A stretch of 64,000 nt of DNA from Dicyema japonicum (lineage: Eukaryota; Animalia; Dicyemida): the NCBI GenBank assembly GCA_011109175.1, contig RDEW01000003.1, forward strand, positions 434,001 to 498,000, read 5' to 3'. Position 1 is the stretch's first letter; each line of letters opens with the position of its first letter. The notes beneath the pieces were generated by a model. It saw only the letters and a list, made by a program, of their open reading frames with translations. It had not been told where the DNA came from and made no database searches. Below are positions 14,757 to 28,559 of this stretch, piece after piece. Position numbers and translations under genes: made by a program.

Positions 14757-16622
14757 ATGAAGTTATCATTTCAACATAAATAGTAGGAGATCTAATCCGG
14801 ATATTTTATTTGACGGATCAAACCACGTACACAGTCTTCTCTCCAACACTCAAAATCCAATTGAGACTATAAAAGAACTCCAAACAACTAATGTGGTGAA
14901 TCTACCCTCATATCCCTTCATCATCCAACTGTGTGACCAGTTTAACATTCGACGAACAGACATTAACAGAATAATATTCAAAATACTGGAAGAGCGCCTT
15001 ATTGCAAAAATAAATTCAATAAACTCAGAAGGGGACAAGCACTCCCTTGAAAGTCTTCATAAATTGGCCAAGAAGTACAGCAGGTGCCTGAAAGTGAAGG
15101 AACTCCAAAGAATACTTTTAGTCTGTCTTAATGGTCAGTCCAACCTAACAAAACAGCAGCTTGATATGTTGGGGGATGACTATGAGAATGTGAAGATGGC
15201 TTGTCCCATAGAACTTAAGAGACTGTTGTGGCAGAAGGTGTCCAACGGTATTTTCAAAACCGAAACCAAGGAGATTATAGATGGGTACATTTGTGAGCAA
15301 AACAGACGACTACTTTCTCTCCCCCACAACACAGTATCCTCTTATTAACATTTCTAGCCGTTTCTCAATTCGATCAAACAGGACGTACCTCTCCACGTGG
15401 AGCAACTTTGTGATCTGATTGGAGAGAACAGGAAACTTTACGATGAATTGGTGGATATCCTGAAGAAGGCGTACATGCAAACGGGGGATAATCTATACCC
15501 CACACTGAGAAGCCAGTTGACGATGGAGATGGGGAAAAGGAATGTAATATTAGCCCATTATTGCAGATCAGGGATGTTGTCTCGAACGACCCGTGCTACC
15601 CAATAATAAGGTCACTGAGATGTGCTGAGAGTGGGCAGTTTGATGCAAACTTTGTAGCAATCATTACGAACATGTTGACACGTGGTACAGAATCGTTTGT
15701 TGTTGGGTTATTTAAGTGTGGCGTTCGTTCTGTCGGATATTCATAATTATTACAGTCTTATACTCGGCATCCTGGAGTGCTTGGAAGAGCTCAATTCTAA
15801 GGGAAAACTTCCAAGGGTTAGGGGTAGTGTTATGCTAGGATAGCAAACACCTCTGCGACTTGGTTAGTCTTTTTGTGCTGTCCTCGAACTCCCAAGCTAT
15901 ATTGTCCAATAAAAAGTACTCGTCTGATCAGGCAGTCTTGTTTAATGAGGGTAGTGTAGTGTGATTGTGACTCAATGTCTTCCTACTTGGCTCTCCTGAG
16001 TGAGAACATTCGCTCAAAGACCAGACTGATTGCCCAGATGAAGCAAGCCAAATCAGTCGTTTCCTCTGTCCTCCCTTCCAACGTTGACCCCGCTGATGAC
16101 TCTCGGGTTTCCCAGATTGAAATTCCTTCCATGCTCCTGTCCCTCTGCAGGACGAAGAACTACGCGACGCGACTGCTTTATGCATTCCTGAGTACAAATT
16201 CAGCAGAAAAACTCACCCCCATATAATAATCGACATTATGAGATCTCTTCCTAGTTTTGTGAGCCACAGTGTATTTGACGTGGCTCTGATTCAACTAACC
16301 ATGCATTCCGCATTCACCAACTTCAAACTACACAATCGTGTGGCGAGTGATAATTTCTGTAGCTGTATATTCAAGAATTTGATGCCGGTACTGTTGGTTG
16401 TGTATTCCCAGTCACATGGTGATCAGGTCCTTTCCAGCCTCTTCCATATTTCTCTGCAAATAATACAAAAGTACGGCATGTTTATAAATCCGTCCACTCT
16501 CCCGAAATTGGTTGCTTTTTTCATAACTAATAATCACATGGTTTGTCTTTATGTGATTGCAGTACTCCTTTGATTATAGGGATTTCCAAACTTTGATAAG
16601 CAGTCTTAAATTAAAAATTTAA
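14757..16622 (+). CDS. NELFB: Negative elongation factor B (COBRA1), multi-exon
   Basis: SNTQNPIETIKELQTTNVVNLPS, ACPIELKRLLWQ, VEQLCDLIGENRKLYD, YPTLRSQL and DPCY align in order with NELF-B (NCTEPLKAIEQFQTENGVLLPS, CAVEVKRQIWQ, MVGKNVKLYD, YCTLRAEL, DPCH). The ATG at 14757 is 1 nt out of frame. Confidence 0.85.
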
Positions 16623-19600
16623 TTTATGATGTTTTTACTAATTTTTATTTGTCCGTGAATTACTCTCTCTGGACTTAGAGTCATTCCCCCCCCTCCCCCC
16701 ACTATGTAGTCGCAAGTGCAAACAGAGGTAACTCTCTTGATGGGGATAGCTTCTGACAGGAGATGCTCAAGATCTTTTGGATTAGATATGTGTGCATCTG
16801 ACTGTTATTATTTTAGAACTTTGGTTTCCTACTTCTTGGAGTTCGTTACCTCGTCCAGGGTACCGTAGAGATTTTATTGCTAACCCCAAAAAAAGGAAAA
16901 CCAAGTAAGAAGTTAAATCTGCTAATTAAGTGATCCCGATGGTACTCAACAGATGTGCGAGGTTTCTGTAGTGTTTCTTTATAGTATCTACTGTTTTTTA
17001 TATACACAATACCATTAATCAAAATTTGGAGAGTGCGATTTTTTTTAAATTTCAGGTTTCCGCACCGCAGAGAATGAGGAAGCCTGAGCCATTGTTTCTG
17101 ATTGCAGACTGGTCAAGGGGTGGGGAGAACAATTGAATTGGGAAATTGGTTAAAAGACCATTTTGTTCTTAGAGAAATTATTTCGTAGTAATAAGCCAGG
17201 AGGTACAGGCGCACTCCACCGTCGGGTTTAGGACCTGATTGTATAAGTTTCCTAAGATTTTTTGCCATAACGTTTTTGACATGTTTAGAAAAAAGAGCAA
17301 GAGGTCCAAGGTCACTGAAAAAAGAAAGAAAACAATTTTATTTAACGATAAATTATGAGTTAGAGGGGATATTATTAAAGTCCTGCTCCTCGGCTTGGAG
17401 AATCATTCCAGTTTCTCTCTTCTCCTTTGTAACCAGACATGCCAGGTGTCCAATGGGTCCAAGCAACCGTCAAAAGAGACTTTTTACACAGAACAAGACC
17501 CCAAAAGTCACTCAAAGAATTCTTAGATGTCTCTATATGGGAATAAGTTCTCCATAATGTAAAATTCTAGCGTATTCTTTTGTCTCATTTGATAATGAAA
17601 GTTGTGTTTAATGGAAATATATTTTATTAAATTAATTTATTAATTCTTGATTTTCTTTAGTTTTTCTATTTAGTTAGTTTACGACTAAAATGGTTCATTA
17701 AATGAGGCTTGCAGGACTGCGGAAGTGAAAGCCTAGAATAATACGATGTCTCTTTTAGAACATTGGGCTCGCAATCATGAGGGGTAACTTCCATTGCGTG
17801 CTCAATGGATATATTCGAGATCTTGGCATAGAAACTAAGTTTATTTTAATAAATTAATTCAATTTAAAAAAAAAGTTTAAAATGTTTCTAGTTACGGAAA
17901 AAATTAAAAAGTTGATTTTAAATTCGAATTTATTAACTTTAATGGATTTTAAATTTTTAGTTGAGGTGGTGACGTCCATCTCTAGTTCGTAGTACTAGTA
18001 ATTCTAAATAACACTGAAGAAAGAATTTCAGCTTATGACTTTTAATGTGAGAGGAATCAGTTTTGAAATTCGAAAAAATCAGTTTTTCCAAGATCTACAG
18101 GATTACTGAGTGGTTCTTGCATGCCTTCTTCCGAACTGGATGAAGACATGGGGAATAAGAATTCTGTTTCTGGGACCTGAAAAAATATAGAATGGGTGTT
18201 GTGGTGCATCAAAGCATTACAATAGAAAAGTATTGGATAAATGAGTAGTCCCGATGTATTATTCAAGACAAAATTGCGGTTTTACAGGGCGTTTGTCTCC
18301 CCCTAAAATTCTGGAACGTGGAGCATTCACATTGGTACAAAATAAACTCCTACCACAGAAATCAGATATGGTCGCTGATCAGGATTTCAAAAAAGATTTG
18401 TAGCAAGGCTGTACGAAATATTCAATTCACTGCCGATTGGATTAACGGGAAAAGGGAGAGGTGGAAGTTATTGGACATATCCTAAGAATGGACCAAACAG
18501 TTCGGGCAAACAATGTTATAGAAGCTTACTTCCAGAGCAGCCATGGATACCGGACGTCCTCGCTTACTCTCTTATTGCAATTCACGAAGATTCTGGGACT
18601 GTAAAGAAGAAACTTGAAAATACAGACAACCTAGATGTCCTCCGAAAAATCACCTTCTCAGGGAGAGTGTGGAAGAATCTAACATGGAAGATTGTTGTGT
18701 TGCATAAGAGACGAGGAGATAACTTTCTTTTGGTTGCTTTTTGGTGGTGATTTAGAGTAGAGTGATTTCTGTTGCTCGGTGGACCTATCAGTGACATTCC
18801 ATCAAAGCATACGACTCATAAGCGACAACTAACTTGAAATACGAATTGTTCGTCAAGTTGTAAAGAGCTGGCGGTTGTCAATCACTGCATCAACCTGCAT
18901 AGCAGAAAATTTGTCCGTGATGAGGATAAATGGAAGAAAGCCTTTGACTCTGTCGATCGTGATTTCCCACATCAGATATTGCAAAAGGGGGAGATCCGAC
19001 TGACTTTAGAAAACAAATTCCCCAGTAGTCGAAGGAATGCTGTAGATGTTTCTGAGAGCAAACGCAAGTCCGCAAAGATAGTTGACCACCATGCGAATAC
19101 TGAAGTTCAAATACTGAACAGATTTGGTGGTGATGTGTTTAAATATCACTTTACCGGGGATAAAGACGACGAAGAAACTCGAAAGGAAGCGTCTGAGCTA
19201 ACCAATTTCTGGTCCAGCTTGTAGCAATTTACAAATTCTCCTCTAATGGTCCCCATTGATCCCACTGCCTACCAAAAATGTATGGAAGAACGTGGTTTTA
19301 AATCTCGCTGCTGTTAATTCCGGTAGAGGGTTCTGCGCGTCTACAATTCTTCTTGTATTAACAATACCCCCATCATCAATGATTCATCATCGTGGAAGCG
19401 GATTGTCTTCAGTGATTCACACACAACTAAAAGAAAAGAGAAGGTTAGGAACACTCTGGATATCTTGGCCTCATTCTACGATTAATTAGCATAACTGTTT
19501 TTCCTTCTTAAATAAAGGGTGTCCTGTCTAAGAGGAGGTTTAGGTAATTATAAACATCATTAGTCTCGGCGGAAGGGCTGATATATAGGGTTTCCCGATC

Positions 19601-20269
19601 ATTAGCGTCACTAAATTTTTAAGGGTAAAAAACTTTTTTTTTAATTTTCTCATTTTTAGCACCTCCTCTGGAAATATGTAGTTTTTCTACGTGCTGAATA
19701 AATTCTAAATTGAATTGAGGAATGGCGAGTAAGGGGTAATTGAACATGAGATTGTCTGTATAATGATGAATACAAGATTATTAAGAATTCCCCCTTCATA
19801 ACAAGGATTTTTTAAGGATTCAAGAAAAATTAGTCATCGATGCAATTTCTGGTTCTGATGGCTCCTACAGAATATAGGAAGCGAAAAATCCTGAAACAGC
19901 TCTTCTTGTAACGTATTTATCAGGAAAGTGACGTTATTGGTCGGGAGGTTACGTAGTGGTCGTGAAACCCCATAATGATTATAATATCTAATTTTGGTCG
20001 ACTGACGCTATAAAATTGGATTTTTAAATAAAAACTACGTAGTCAAATTCCCCGGCCCTCAAATACCGTGATTACAATTTTCCACAAAAAAATTGATAAA
20101 TTTGATTGCGGTTAGATTGCGGTTAAATTAATTAAAAATTTTAATAAAATAATAGTAATCTGCGTCATCATGACTAATTTATATTAATTTATATAAATAT
20201 TTTTTTAAATATTTTCAAAATAGACAGTAATTCGATTTGAATTAGTTACTTAATCAAGAGCGGGAAAAA

Positions 20270-22105
20270 ATGAAATATATTTTAATAACTGGTGAAACTA
20301 CTCATAATGTAAAAACGGAAACGGTATGCAGCATCGGACTGATCCTCAAATCCTCTGGAGTTCCCATTACTGTGACCCAAATTAATCATACTAATACTAA
20401 CCTAGATTCGTCAGGTATAAATAGTTTTTAAGCAGATGTCGAATTTGCTATTCTTGAGGACGGCACGTGTTGCTTCCAAAACGTCGGGAAGTATGAACGA
20501 TTTCTGGACATTAATCTAACAAAGAAACACTTAATTTCTTTGGAGGAACTACAAAGGGAGAATCACATCCCCTGTACTTAGTCTACTAAAACCATAGGCG
20601 ACGGGAATTTGGCTAGCAAAGTCAATTCTCTTATATCCGAAATATCAACCATACAAGTGAGCGGGAAAATTCCTGAAGTGTGCATCATCGATGTAATATT
20701 TCGGAAATTTATCCATTTTTTGCATATTTTTGATTTATTTAGGTGAACGAGAACCCCAAGGATATAATCTTCCAGTCAATTATACAGAATTTCAGAAGGA
20801 GGGGATCCTCAACATTTCTTGCATTTTCATGCGCGTACAATTGGGGTCCTCAATATTTTAATTCCAAGGCTGAAGACGGCAAAGGCTATTTAAGCGAGGA
20901 CAACGCTGATATGGCATCTGTCTTGGATTTATTTTAGGTCGTTTTGAAGTGTTTCTCAAATGACTTGATTTTGGGGGAGAACTTTTCAAAGGTGAAGTCA
21001 TTTCGATTAAAACATAGATTTTTACTTATAAGGATGGAACTGACATTCTTCAACTCCCACAAGAACTAGTCAGACAAAATGTGGACATTTTTATTAAGCG
21101 AAAATTCAAAATTGATAATCAAGACGTCCTAAACTTACCTCAAAAATATTCGGATTACTGGTTCCACGTGTGTATGATTTTCCAGCGACTTACTGTCCCA
21201 ACAAGGGACTCCCATCGCCGTCGTTGGCCAATTCAACGCCATCCGCTCGTATTCAGCTGTACTGGATTCAATCCAGCACTCACTCATAGATTCCCAACAA
21301 AAGGTCACGATTAAGGTATTTGCATTAATTTCCTTAGAAAATAATTGCCTCCGATTTGGAGGAGGACGACAATAGCGAAAAATTCAAGACGGCTTGGAGT
21401 ACCCTAAAGTCTTGCAGGTTGGAATAATATTAATGTCAGAGGAATCATGGTTTGCGGAGGAAACGGCAGAAAAGGAGCAGAGGGGAGGGCAGTTGCCTCC
21501 AAATTTGCACGTGTTAATAAAATTCCGCATTTAGGTTTTTAGATATTTGTATAGAGTAGGGATTTGCTACGGAATGCAATTTGGCGTGATTGAGTTCGCC
21601 AGAAATGTGTGCGGGCTCGAGTTAGCGAATACTACGGAATTAGAACCAGATTCCTCTGAGCCTCTTGTAACGAAAGATGTTATCAAAGATTTCGAGGATT
21701 TTGGATTTTCAAAACAAGGAAACGAAAATTACGGTTCTAAGAAAGTTTTAATCAAGTCGAGTGATTCTCTGACAAGTAATATTTGGGGGAATAAACTAGG
21801 AAAATTGTTGGGGGAGGAATACTTATATCAACGGCATTTTAACCAATTTGAGGTTTTCGTTGTATCGAATTGCAGTTCAATAAAAAATACATTGATGTGC
21901 TGAGAAAAGCCGGGATGAATTTTGTTGGGTTCTCTGCCGATAGAAATGGCGTGGAGATTGTGGAAATACAAGGTAGTCGTGTTTTAATTCCGTAGATCAT
22001 CCTTTTTATATTGGAGTTCAGTTCCACCCGGAATATAGTTCAAGATTTGGGGCGGCCTCCAGATTTTACACTGAACTCATAATGGCGGCAAAGGAACATA
22101 GTTAA
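20270..22105 (+). CDS. CTPS: CTP synthase-like protein, highly divergent synthetase domain
   Basis: MKYILITG, SIGLILKS, GKYERFLDINLTK, PEVCIID, GICYGMQ, VIEFARNVCG, GVQFHPEY; many tiny introns. Confidence 0.9.
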
Positions 22106-22259
22106 TCCTCTATAATCGTATTTAATGTTTAGTCTAATTTTAAATTAATATTATTTATTGTCGCATGACATAATGTTCGGGAAAATTCTTAAGTTTGAAC
22201 ATCAACCAATTTTTACTCACAAAGTAAAAATCGATTTTTTGATTTTGAATAATATTCGA

Positions 22260-22575
22260 TTTAAACCAGTTTGTTTTATTAAGGAAAGAAAAGAGAGTAA
22301 ATGGTTATATAGCGGCTGCCTTGCCTGTGTGGCTATTTCCTCTTAGGCTGGCGAGATTCGCTCAAATAATTAGCAGCGCTCACGAGGGTCTCCTGTTCGT
22401 GTAGTGATCCGATTCCCTAGACGACTCAAGAATTCCAGCGTCGCAGGCGCAAGGGAACCAAACGTCTCAACGGCGAGTGGAACAAACAGAAAATCCTTCA
22501 GTAGGACCGCGAAAATTCCCGTTTCATCTTCTCGGCCTTCTCAGCGGCAGAACAGGCTCCAGAGGCACTCTTTCG
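22260..22575 (-). mobile_element. CRE-like element 3' fragment
   Basis: FVPLAVETFGSLAPATLEFLSRLG..RTGDPRERC.., then the same 3' UTR as 2250-2372. Confidence 0.75.
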
Positions 22576-22959
22576 ATTTAAATGATTATTTTTTAACTAG
22601 AATATGTTTACATGAACTTTCCCCCACAATAGAATTAGGGATTTGAGTTAGGGTTGGTGGTTAGTGTTACCGATTAGAGTTAAATTTATACAATTTTACC
22701 GAAATTGGAATCATTTCGGCAGTTTTTCGTTCTTAAAACACATCGCAATATCTCTAAGAGCATTAGGATAAGATGAGCACTTTGGCTGCAATAACCTTTT
22801 ACCATCTGGTAGATATCATCTACATTATTAACCATTTTGGAAGAGGACGCAAGTCTTCACCCCTGTAGTACCTTATCCGTTGCTTACTGATACGGGGGGT
22901 ACTTGCTATGGCTCGCCCTGTGTTCCTCGCTTCACAGTTCACGCATTTGAAAGACATGT

Positions 22960-23650
22960 CGCGAATGTAATTAGGCACTTTTCTTTAAAAGTGCATCGAT
23001 GGCTGGTGTGGCCAAATCCTTGGTATCTGTAGTACTAGGTAGCTGATGGTCGTTCTCGGGCCACACCAAACCTAAAGTAACCAACTTTGACCTTATCGAG
23101 GTAGATCCTTTCTGTCTCAGCATAGGAACGTAGTCAAACCTTCTTGGTCTGGAAATTCTTCCCCTCGCTTGCGAAACGCTCAATCTTGTGCGGCGAGGGG
23201 AATTCTTGCTTATTTTATCCAGTAAATCATAATCCATGAAGTCCAGAAAAATTCCGAAGACTAGTACTACCGAATCAGCTGCCTTAGGAATGACCCGTGA
23301 AATGTTATGTGCCCCGGGCCCAAAAGGCACCTTATCATTCACCTCAGCTTCAAAAGCTCAGGCGTCTTCTTCATTTTTGGAACCCAGCAACAACTGGGAT
23401 TCTCCACGCTTAACGACTCTTCTTTTGCCACAAGCATCCAGAGTGCTTATGACACAGAGAAGCTTTACTACACAGGAAATGCGTGGCTCAACATATTGCA
23501 AGTAAAGCGCTTTTAGTACAGGATAGTTCTCAACTTTCCATAGTCCCGTTAGGCTTTTCAGAAAATTGATTTTTTCCACACATTTTCTTAGCAAATTTCT
23601 GAAATGCCGCATGAAACACACATTTGTATCGATGATCACAACTAGGATTC
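22960..23650 (-). mobile_element. I/Jockey-like LINE RT C-terminal fragment
   Basis: IIDTNVCF..KINFLKSLTG..KALYLQYVEPRISC, similar to 60120-60560. Confidence 0.55.
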
Positions 23651-25818
23651 TTTGCCATTTTTTAAATTTAAATTTTTAATAATAATTTTTTTTATTTGTA
23701 ATGAAAAATATTAAATGTTGGATTTTAATTAGAAAAATTAAAATAAATTGATTTTGATGCTGGGAAGTGGTTATCTTATCGTGTTCTGAAATCTACCTCA
23801 GCTCCCTGATAACGTCCTCTGGATCACTGTACTTGGATGAGGGTTCTCTGTCAAATAGCCAAGTGGTTAATTGGTTAAGAAGCTGAGGTGGTGATGTACC
23901 CCTATTGCACTACTTTCATGATGGATGAAATTATAACATTTTAGTTAACACGTGGGGACCAGTTAGCCACGACGAAGGTGATGATGTTCTTCACGAAATG
24001 TTTACTTAGCTTCATGATGGATAAAATCAATTCCTCGTCTCTTGTGAGGATGAACGAGGGGACGGACCCGGATTTTGAACTAAGGAATTCTGGTTCAAAT
24101 TCCGTTCAGCCAAAAATTGAAAGAACTTAGAGGATCATCTGTCAAAAAAGTGCACGTGTAGAGTGATAGTCACAACAACTAAAGTGATTTAGTGAAGAGG
24201 CCGGGATGCGTAAGCGTCCCCTATGATCACAGCTATTTCGAGCCTCTGCCTCAACCAAAATCGTTCACGGGGTTCCCATCTCTTCGAAGCAAACGTTCCT
24301 GCAATATTGGAGAGACTCAAATATTTTCACCACGGGAGATTATAGTCTGAGGCGAAATCGCTGTAGTACAAGATCTTGTATTTTTGGGTGGACAAAATTC
24401 GAACCCGATCTAATACGTTGACATATTCTTTGTTAAAAACTTGGGGTTCGATGTCTTCTATTTGACCTCTCCAATGGAATTATTCAGTAAACAGAGGGTA
24501 AAACCAATCCCGTGATCATAACGCAATTCTAGTAGAACCATCAAGGCAAAGTGATCCAGAAGACATTGGCGGGGAAGGCGAAGTCGAAGTCAGAGCTCGT
24601 CGCGAGGAAGCGACACATTCTCCAATTGGTTTTGAAGAAATGGATCCATTTGAATGTCTGCCGGGCATTGTGGTCTCTTGTGTTAGATTGATCAGATGAC
24701 GCCACTAGAGGAAGAAAAATCTTCAATCAACATGGCACCACGTGGACAATGTCAAATTTTTATTTATTTATATAAATGACAATTATGTGTAGTATTTTAA
24801 GATTGAGTAAAAAATATATATAAAATTTTGCAAAAAATTTTCTGCATTTTTTTTAATTTTGGAAAAAAACGTAAACTTTTTTGAATTATACTTATTGCCC
24901 TAATCTAATTCTATTTTTTCCTTTTTCTGCTGGAAAGTCCCTTGTCTGGAGCGCCATGTGTTAAGACACTACCGCTTTGAACAACCTCCCTTTGTGTGTT
25001 GCCAATGCCTGTTCACTCGCTGTGAAGGCTGAGACATTAAATCGCCGGAAGTATGCTGCACTCTGATAATCTAAATTGTTTCTCTCTGTGAAGTCACTGA
25101 AGTTGTGGGACACTCATCTTACGATTTCTTTAATAAAATTGAAACTTTATTTCAACCGTTAACATGGCCTTATTTTTTGATATTCTTTTCACATTACCTT
25201 TTGAGTCTCTTATCAGTGTAACAACGTGGGGAAGGCCAGGGGACTTTAGACTTGAGGGAATTAATGGGCATCACAAGGTTGAGGTGGCAACGTGCATTTA
25301 TTCCATGAAGTGTTCATAAAAATTCCATCTCTGGGACCACGGACGGACTTAAGGAGACATCAGAAACTCGAAATTTCTGAACGAGAAAGCGTCATGTGCT
25401 CCAAGTAGGTTTTTAAATCCCGTCCTCCAAATTGAAAGAAATCGGGAGATCATCCGACAGAAGCTGCTCCTATGGGAGGCTGGCTAATATTGATTCCATG
25501 TATGTTGCTGAATAATATGTAGTTGGGGTTGAATATGAGCTCTAATTCAAATGATTCAGTTGGAGTCATACCATAATTTATATAATGACACGGTGCTTTT
25601 TTTACGTGATAAACCATCACCATTTGTTGTCTGGTGACCCAGACAGCTTAACAGAGATGTCATAGCGGGAATCTGCGCAACGTCAGTGAGACAAAAGATA
25701 ATTTTAGCAATACTTGAAATTTTGAATAAACCCCTTTGATGTACTCAGACAAACACGAAAAGAGAATATTTTATTAGTTAGTTACCCCAACCTCACTAAG
25801 ATGCACGAGACAGACTGA

Positions 25819-26190
25819 CATCAAACGCCCAGCTGAGAATACTGACCGCTCCTACAAGTACCTTAGGCACATTGGTGGTCCTCTTCCGGAAAGATTTGAT
25901 TGATAATATGACCAAGTGCATCAAGCGCCGAGTACTAGCCGCTCCTACAAGTCCCTTAGGCACATTGATGGTCCTCGTCCGGGAAAGATTTGATTGATAA
26001 TATGACCAAGTGGCATCATGCGCGAGTACTAGCCGCTTCTACAAGTCCCTTAGGCACATTGGTGGTCCTCTTCCGGGAAAGATTTGATTGATAATATGAC
26101 CAAGTGGCATCAAGCGCCGAGTACTAGCCACTTCTACAAGTCCTTAGGCACATTGATTGTTCTCGTCCGGGAAAGATTAGATTGATAATA
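25819..26190 (+). repeat. Tandem repeat, ~94-95 bp x ~4
   Basis: Unit GCATCAAGCGCCGAGTACTAGCCGCTCCTACAAGTCCCTTAGGCACATTGGTGGTCCTCTTCCGGGAAAGATTTGATTGATAATATGACCAAGTG repeated head to tail with few substitutions. Confidence 0.95.
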
Positions 26191-26397
26191 AGACAGGTGA
26201 AAAGAGCCAAAATTCAGATCTATCACAGAGGCGAAAATGTCCCGAGGGGATCTGTAATAGGATTTTTCTGGAGGGTTGCTTTCTAGACATTTTATTAATA
26301 TATAATTTATTAAAATTAGTTATAATTAAATGTTATCAAATAAATAATAACGTAAGATTTGCATATATTTATAATTTTCCGATGATTTGAAATTAAT

Positions 26398-28452
26398 ATG
26401 TACGTAGATGGGTCATTTTGTTTTTTTAAGATTAGGAGTTTCGATGCTGATTCTTTGGCGAATGAACTTGGGAGTCGATTGAGCTATCAAAAAGGCTCAC
26501 CGAAGGGTCTTGAGGACAGATATCCCGAAAAGCTTATTCCTAACTTATAATTTCTTAGAATATATGCCAATTCACATCTAAGATTGGACAAAATCGAGTT
26601 CTACGGGTTCGACATGGATTATACGCTCGCAAGTAAAGCACGTGTATGAGTTTAGTGTACAAATCCCCCGAAATGGAGACACTGATTTTCGACCTAATAA
26701 AAAGAGGTTGGTTAAATTAGGTTATCCGTCGGAATTCCTGAACTTTCAATATGATGAGTCATTCCCAGTTCGGTTATCACCGTTGAGTAAAATATTAGTG
26801 GAGTTTGCTATGATATTAGTCACGGAAATTTCCTCAAAGTCGATTCATATGGGCACATTTTGTTGGCCACCCATGGCACCAGACTCCTTGAGCTGTAGAG
26901 TGTCCTTTAAACAAACTTAGCTGTGAAATTGACAGTTATTACATGAACCGCCATATCGACTTGAATGGGAGTGAAATTGTTATCCTCAGCACGGTTTACT
27001 GCCAAAGTGGTTGGCTTATATTAACACGTTTACTAGTGATCTGTATCCTCTCGATGTTGATCGACTACTACACTGCTATGGGGACCCCCACCGAGTGAGG
27101 ATTTATTTTGAGGGTTAGAAGCAAAAATGGGATCTACGTTGACGACGGAAAGTACATTATATTCTACTGGGATATTTATTTGGTGGTGGCTCAAGTCAAA
27201 GATTTCGTCCACGAAAATGTCTTGTTGTCTATTTAAACTAGGAATTGAAGGATGCCACGTTGGCTGACATTCCGAGGTACCTGAACAAAGACCCGTTGAT
27301 AGCGGAGATGATAAACCGGTGGCACTCGTATTAACTTGCTTAGCATACGAGAGCCCGGACGAAAAACGTTCCTTTTGACAAACAGCAAATACAAATACGT
27401 CGATGTTTGCCATCTTCTGATTACAGAAAATAATGAGCTACCTCTTGGACGGCAACGGGAAAAAGTGGAAGGACTTCTTTGATTTTATAATTATCGAAGC
27501 GAATAAGCCGACGTTCTTCACCTCAAAGTGCAACCATTTTCTTCTGGTCAATGAGGTCCGAAATTGGAGACTATTTTAGGATACAAAACTTACGTTCCTT
27601 AGAAGTGAGCTGAATGAGTTGAAAACTGGGAAAATATATTCTGGGGTATCTTTATGTCCTCAAATGTAGGATGTGCTAGCGAGTTTTGTCGACTTACAAA
27701 GGCTAAGACCAAGTCAGTCATCTATGTTGGGGATTCGATTTACGGAGATATTCTCAAATCTAAGAAGAACTCGTGGAAGACCCTGCTGATTATCCCAGGA
27801 CTTAAAAAGGAAATACACCATTGGTGGAAGAACTACAAATCCTACAAAATGCTTGATGTTCTCGATCAGATCCAAAAAAATGAACTGTAACCACCAACTG
27901 ATAACTTCCAGATATGCTTACGGGGAGAACAGGCAAGTCGTAAACTGGGTTTCTTCTGTGTACAAGGTGACCTGGCTAATTTATTTCTCAGTGCCTCAGT
28001 CGCATGATTGATTCCCGTTATGGAACTTTGGGGAGTCCCTTCCGTTCTGGTTGGATCATAATGTGCACTCCTAGGTTCGCTGCACTGCTATTTTTTCGAC
28101 CAAGTTCAAAAATACGCAGACTTGTATAGCCACTCTGTGACCACTCTGAATTACTACCTCCCCTCGTATTCATTTCATTGCAAACAGATTATGGTTTAAG
28201 TCGCTGTTATTCCTAGCTCCCCCATGAAAAATTAACTGATGATTTATTTGGCGACCAAATGGCAAATCCGGAAGGAATCGACGAAGATTATATAGAACTC
28301 GCTCGGGAGATGGTAACAACATATTTAAATGAGACCAATCGACATGTATGGACGCCAGTTTGAGTTTATAGAATATTGAATTCCGCCAAAAGACCCTGGA
28401 TTCTCTAAAGTCAAGTCTTGATTCGATCAACAGCGACAGTGACGGAGAATAA
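26398..28452 (+). CDS. NT5C2: Cytosolic purine 5'-nucleotidase (cN-II, HAD family), multi-exon
   Basis: IYANSHLRLDKIEFYGFDMDYTLA, GNFLKVDSYGHIL, FLLTNS, WKDFFDFII, YVGDSIYGDILKSKK, YADLY; tiny introns. Confidence 0.93.
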
Positions 28453-28559
28453 GAAAATCTGCAAATTTAATTTTTTCCTGACATTATAATTTTAGTTGTG
28501 GCTTGTTATGTGAGATTTGCATTCTAAGATTGCCCGACTGGTACGAAATTACGATTAAT

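Noticed and set aside
19800-19895. Hammerhead-ribozyme-like motif (CTGATGG..stem..GAAA AATCC)
   Set aside because: The core deviates from CUGAnGA and stem I pairs poorly; at most a decayed copy and not supportable by eye.
24045-24112. tRNA-Gln-like gene
   Set aside because: Only a B-box-like GGTTCAAATTCC and a partial anticodon loop; no consistent cloverleaf.
25819-26190. Possible CRISPR array
   Set aside because: Units are contiguous near-identical repeats with no unique spacers; eukaryotic context and no cas genes.
20270-28452. Nucleotide-metabolism gene cluster (CTPS-like + NT5C2)
   Set aside because: Only two genes separated by ~4 kb of TE debris; adjacency is plausible by chance.
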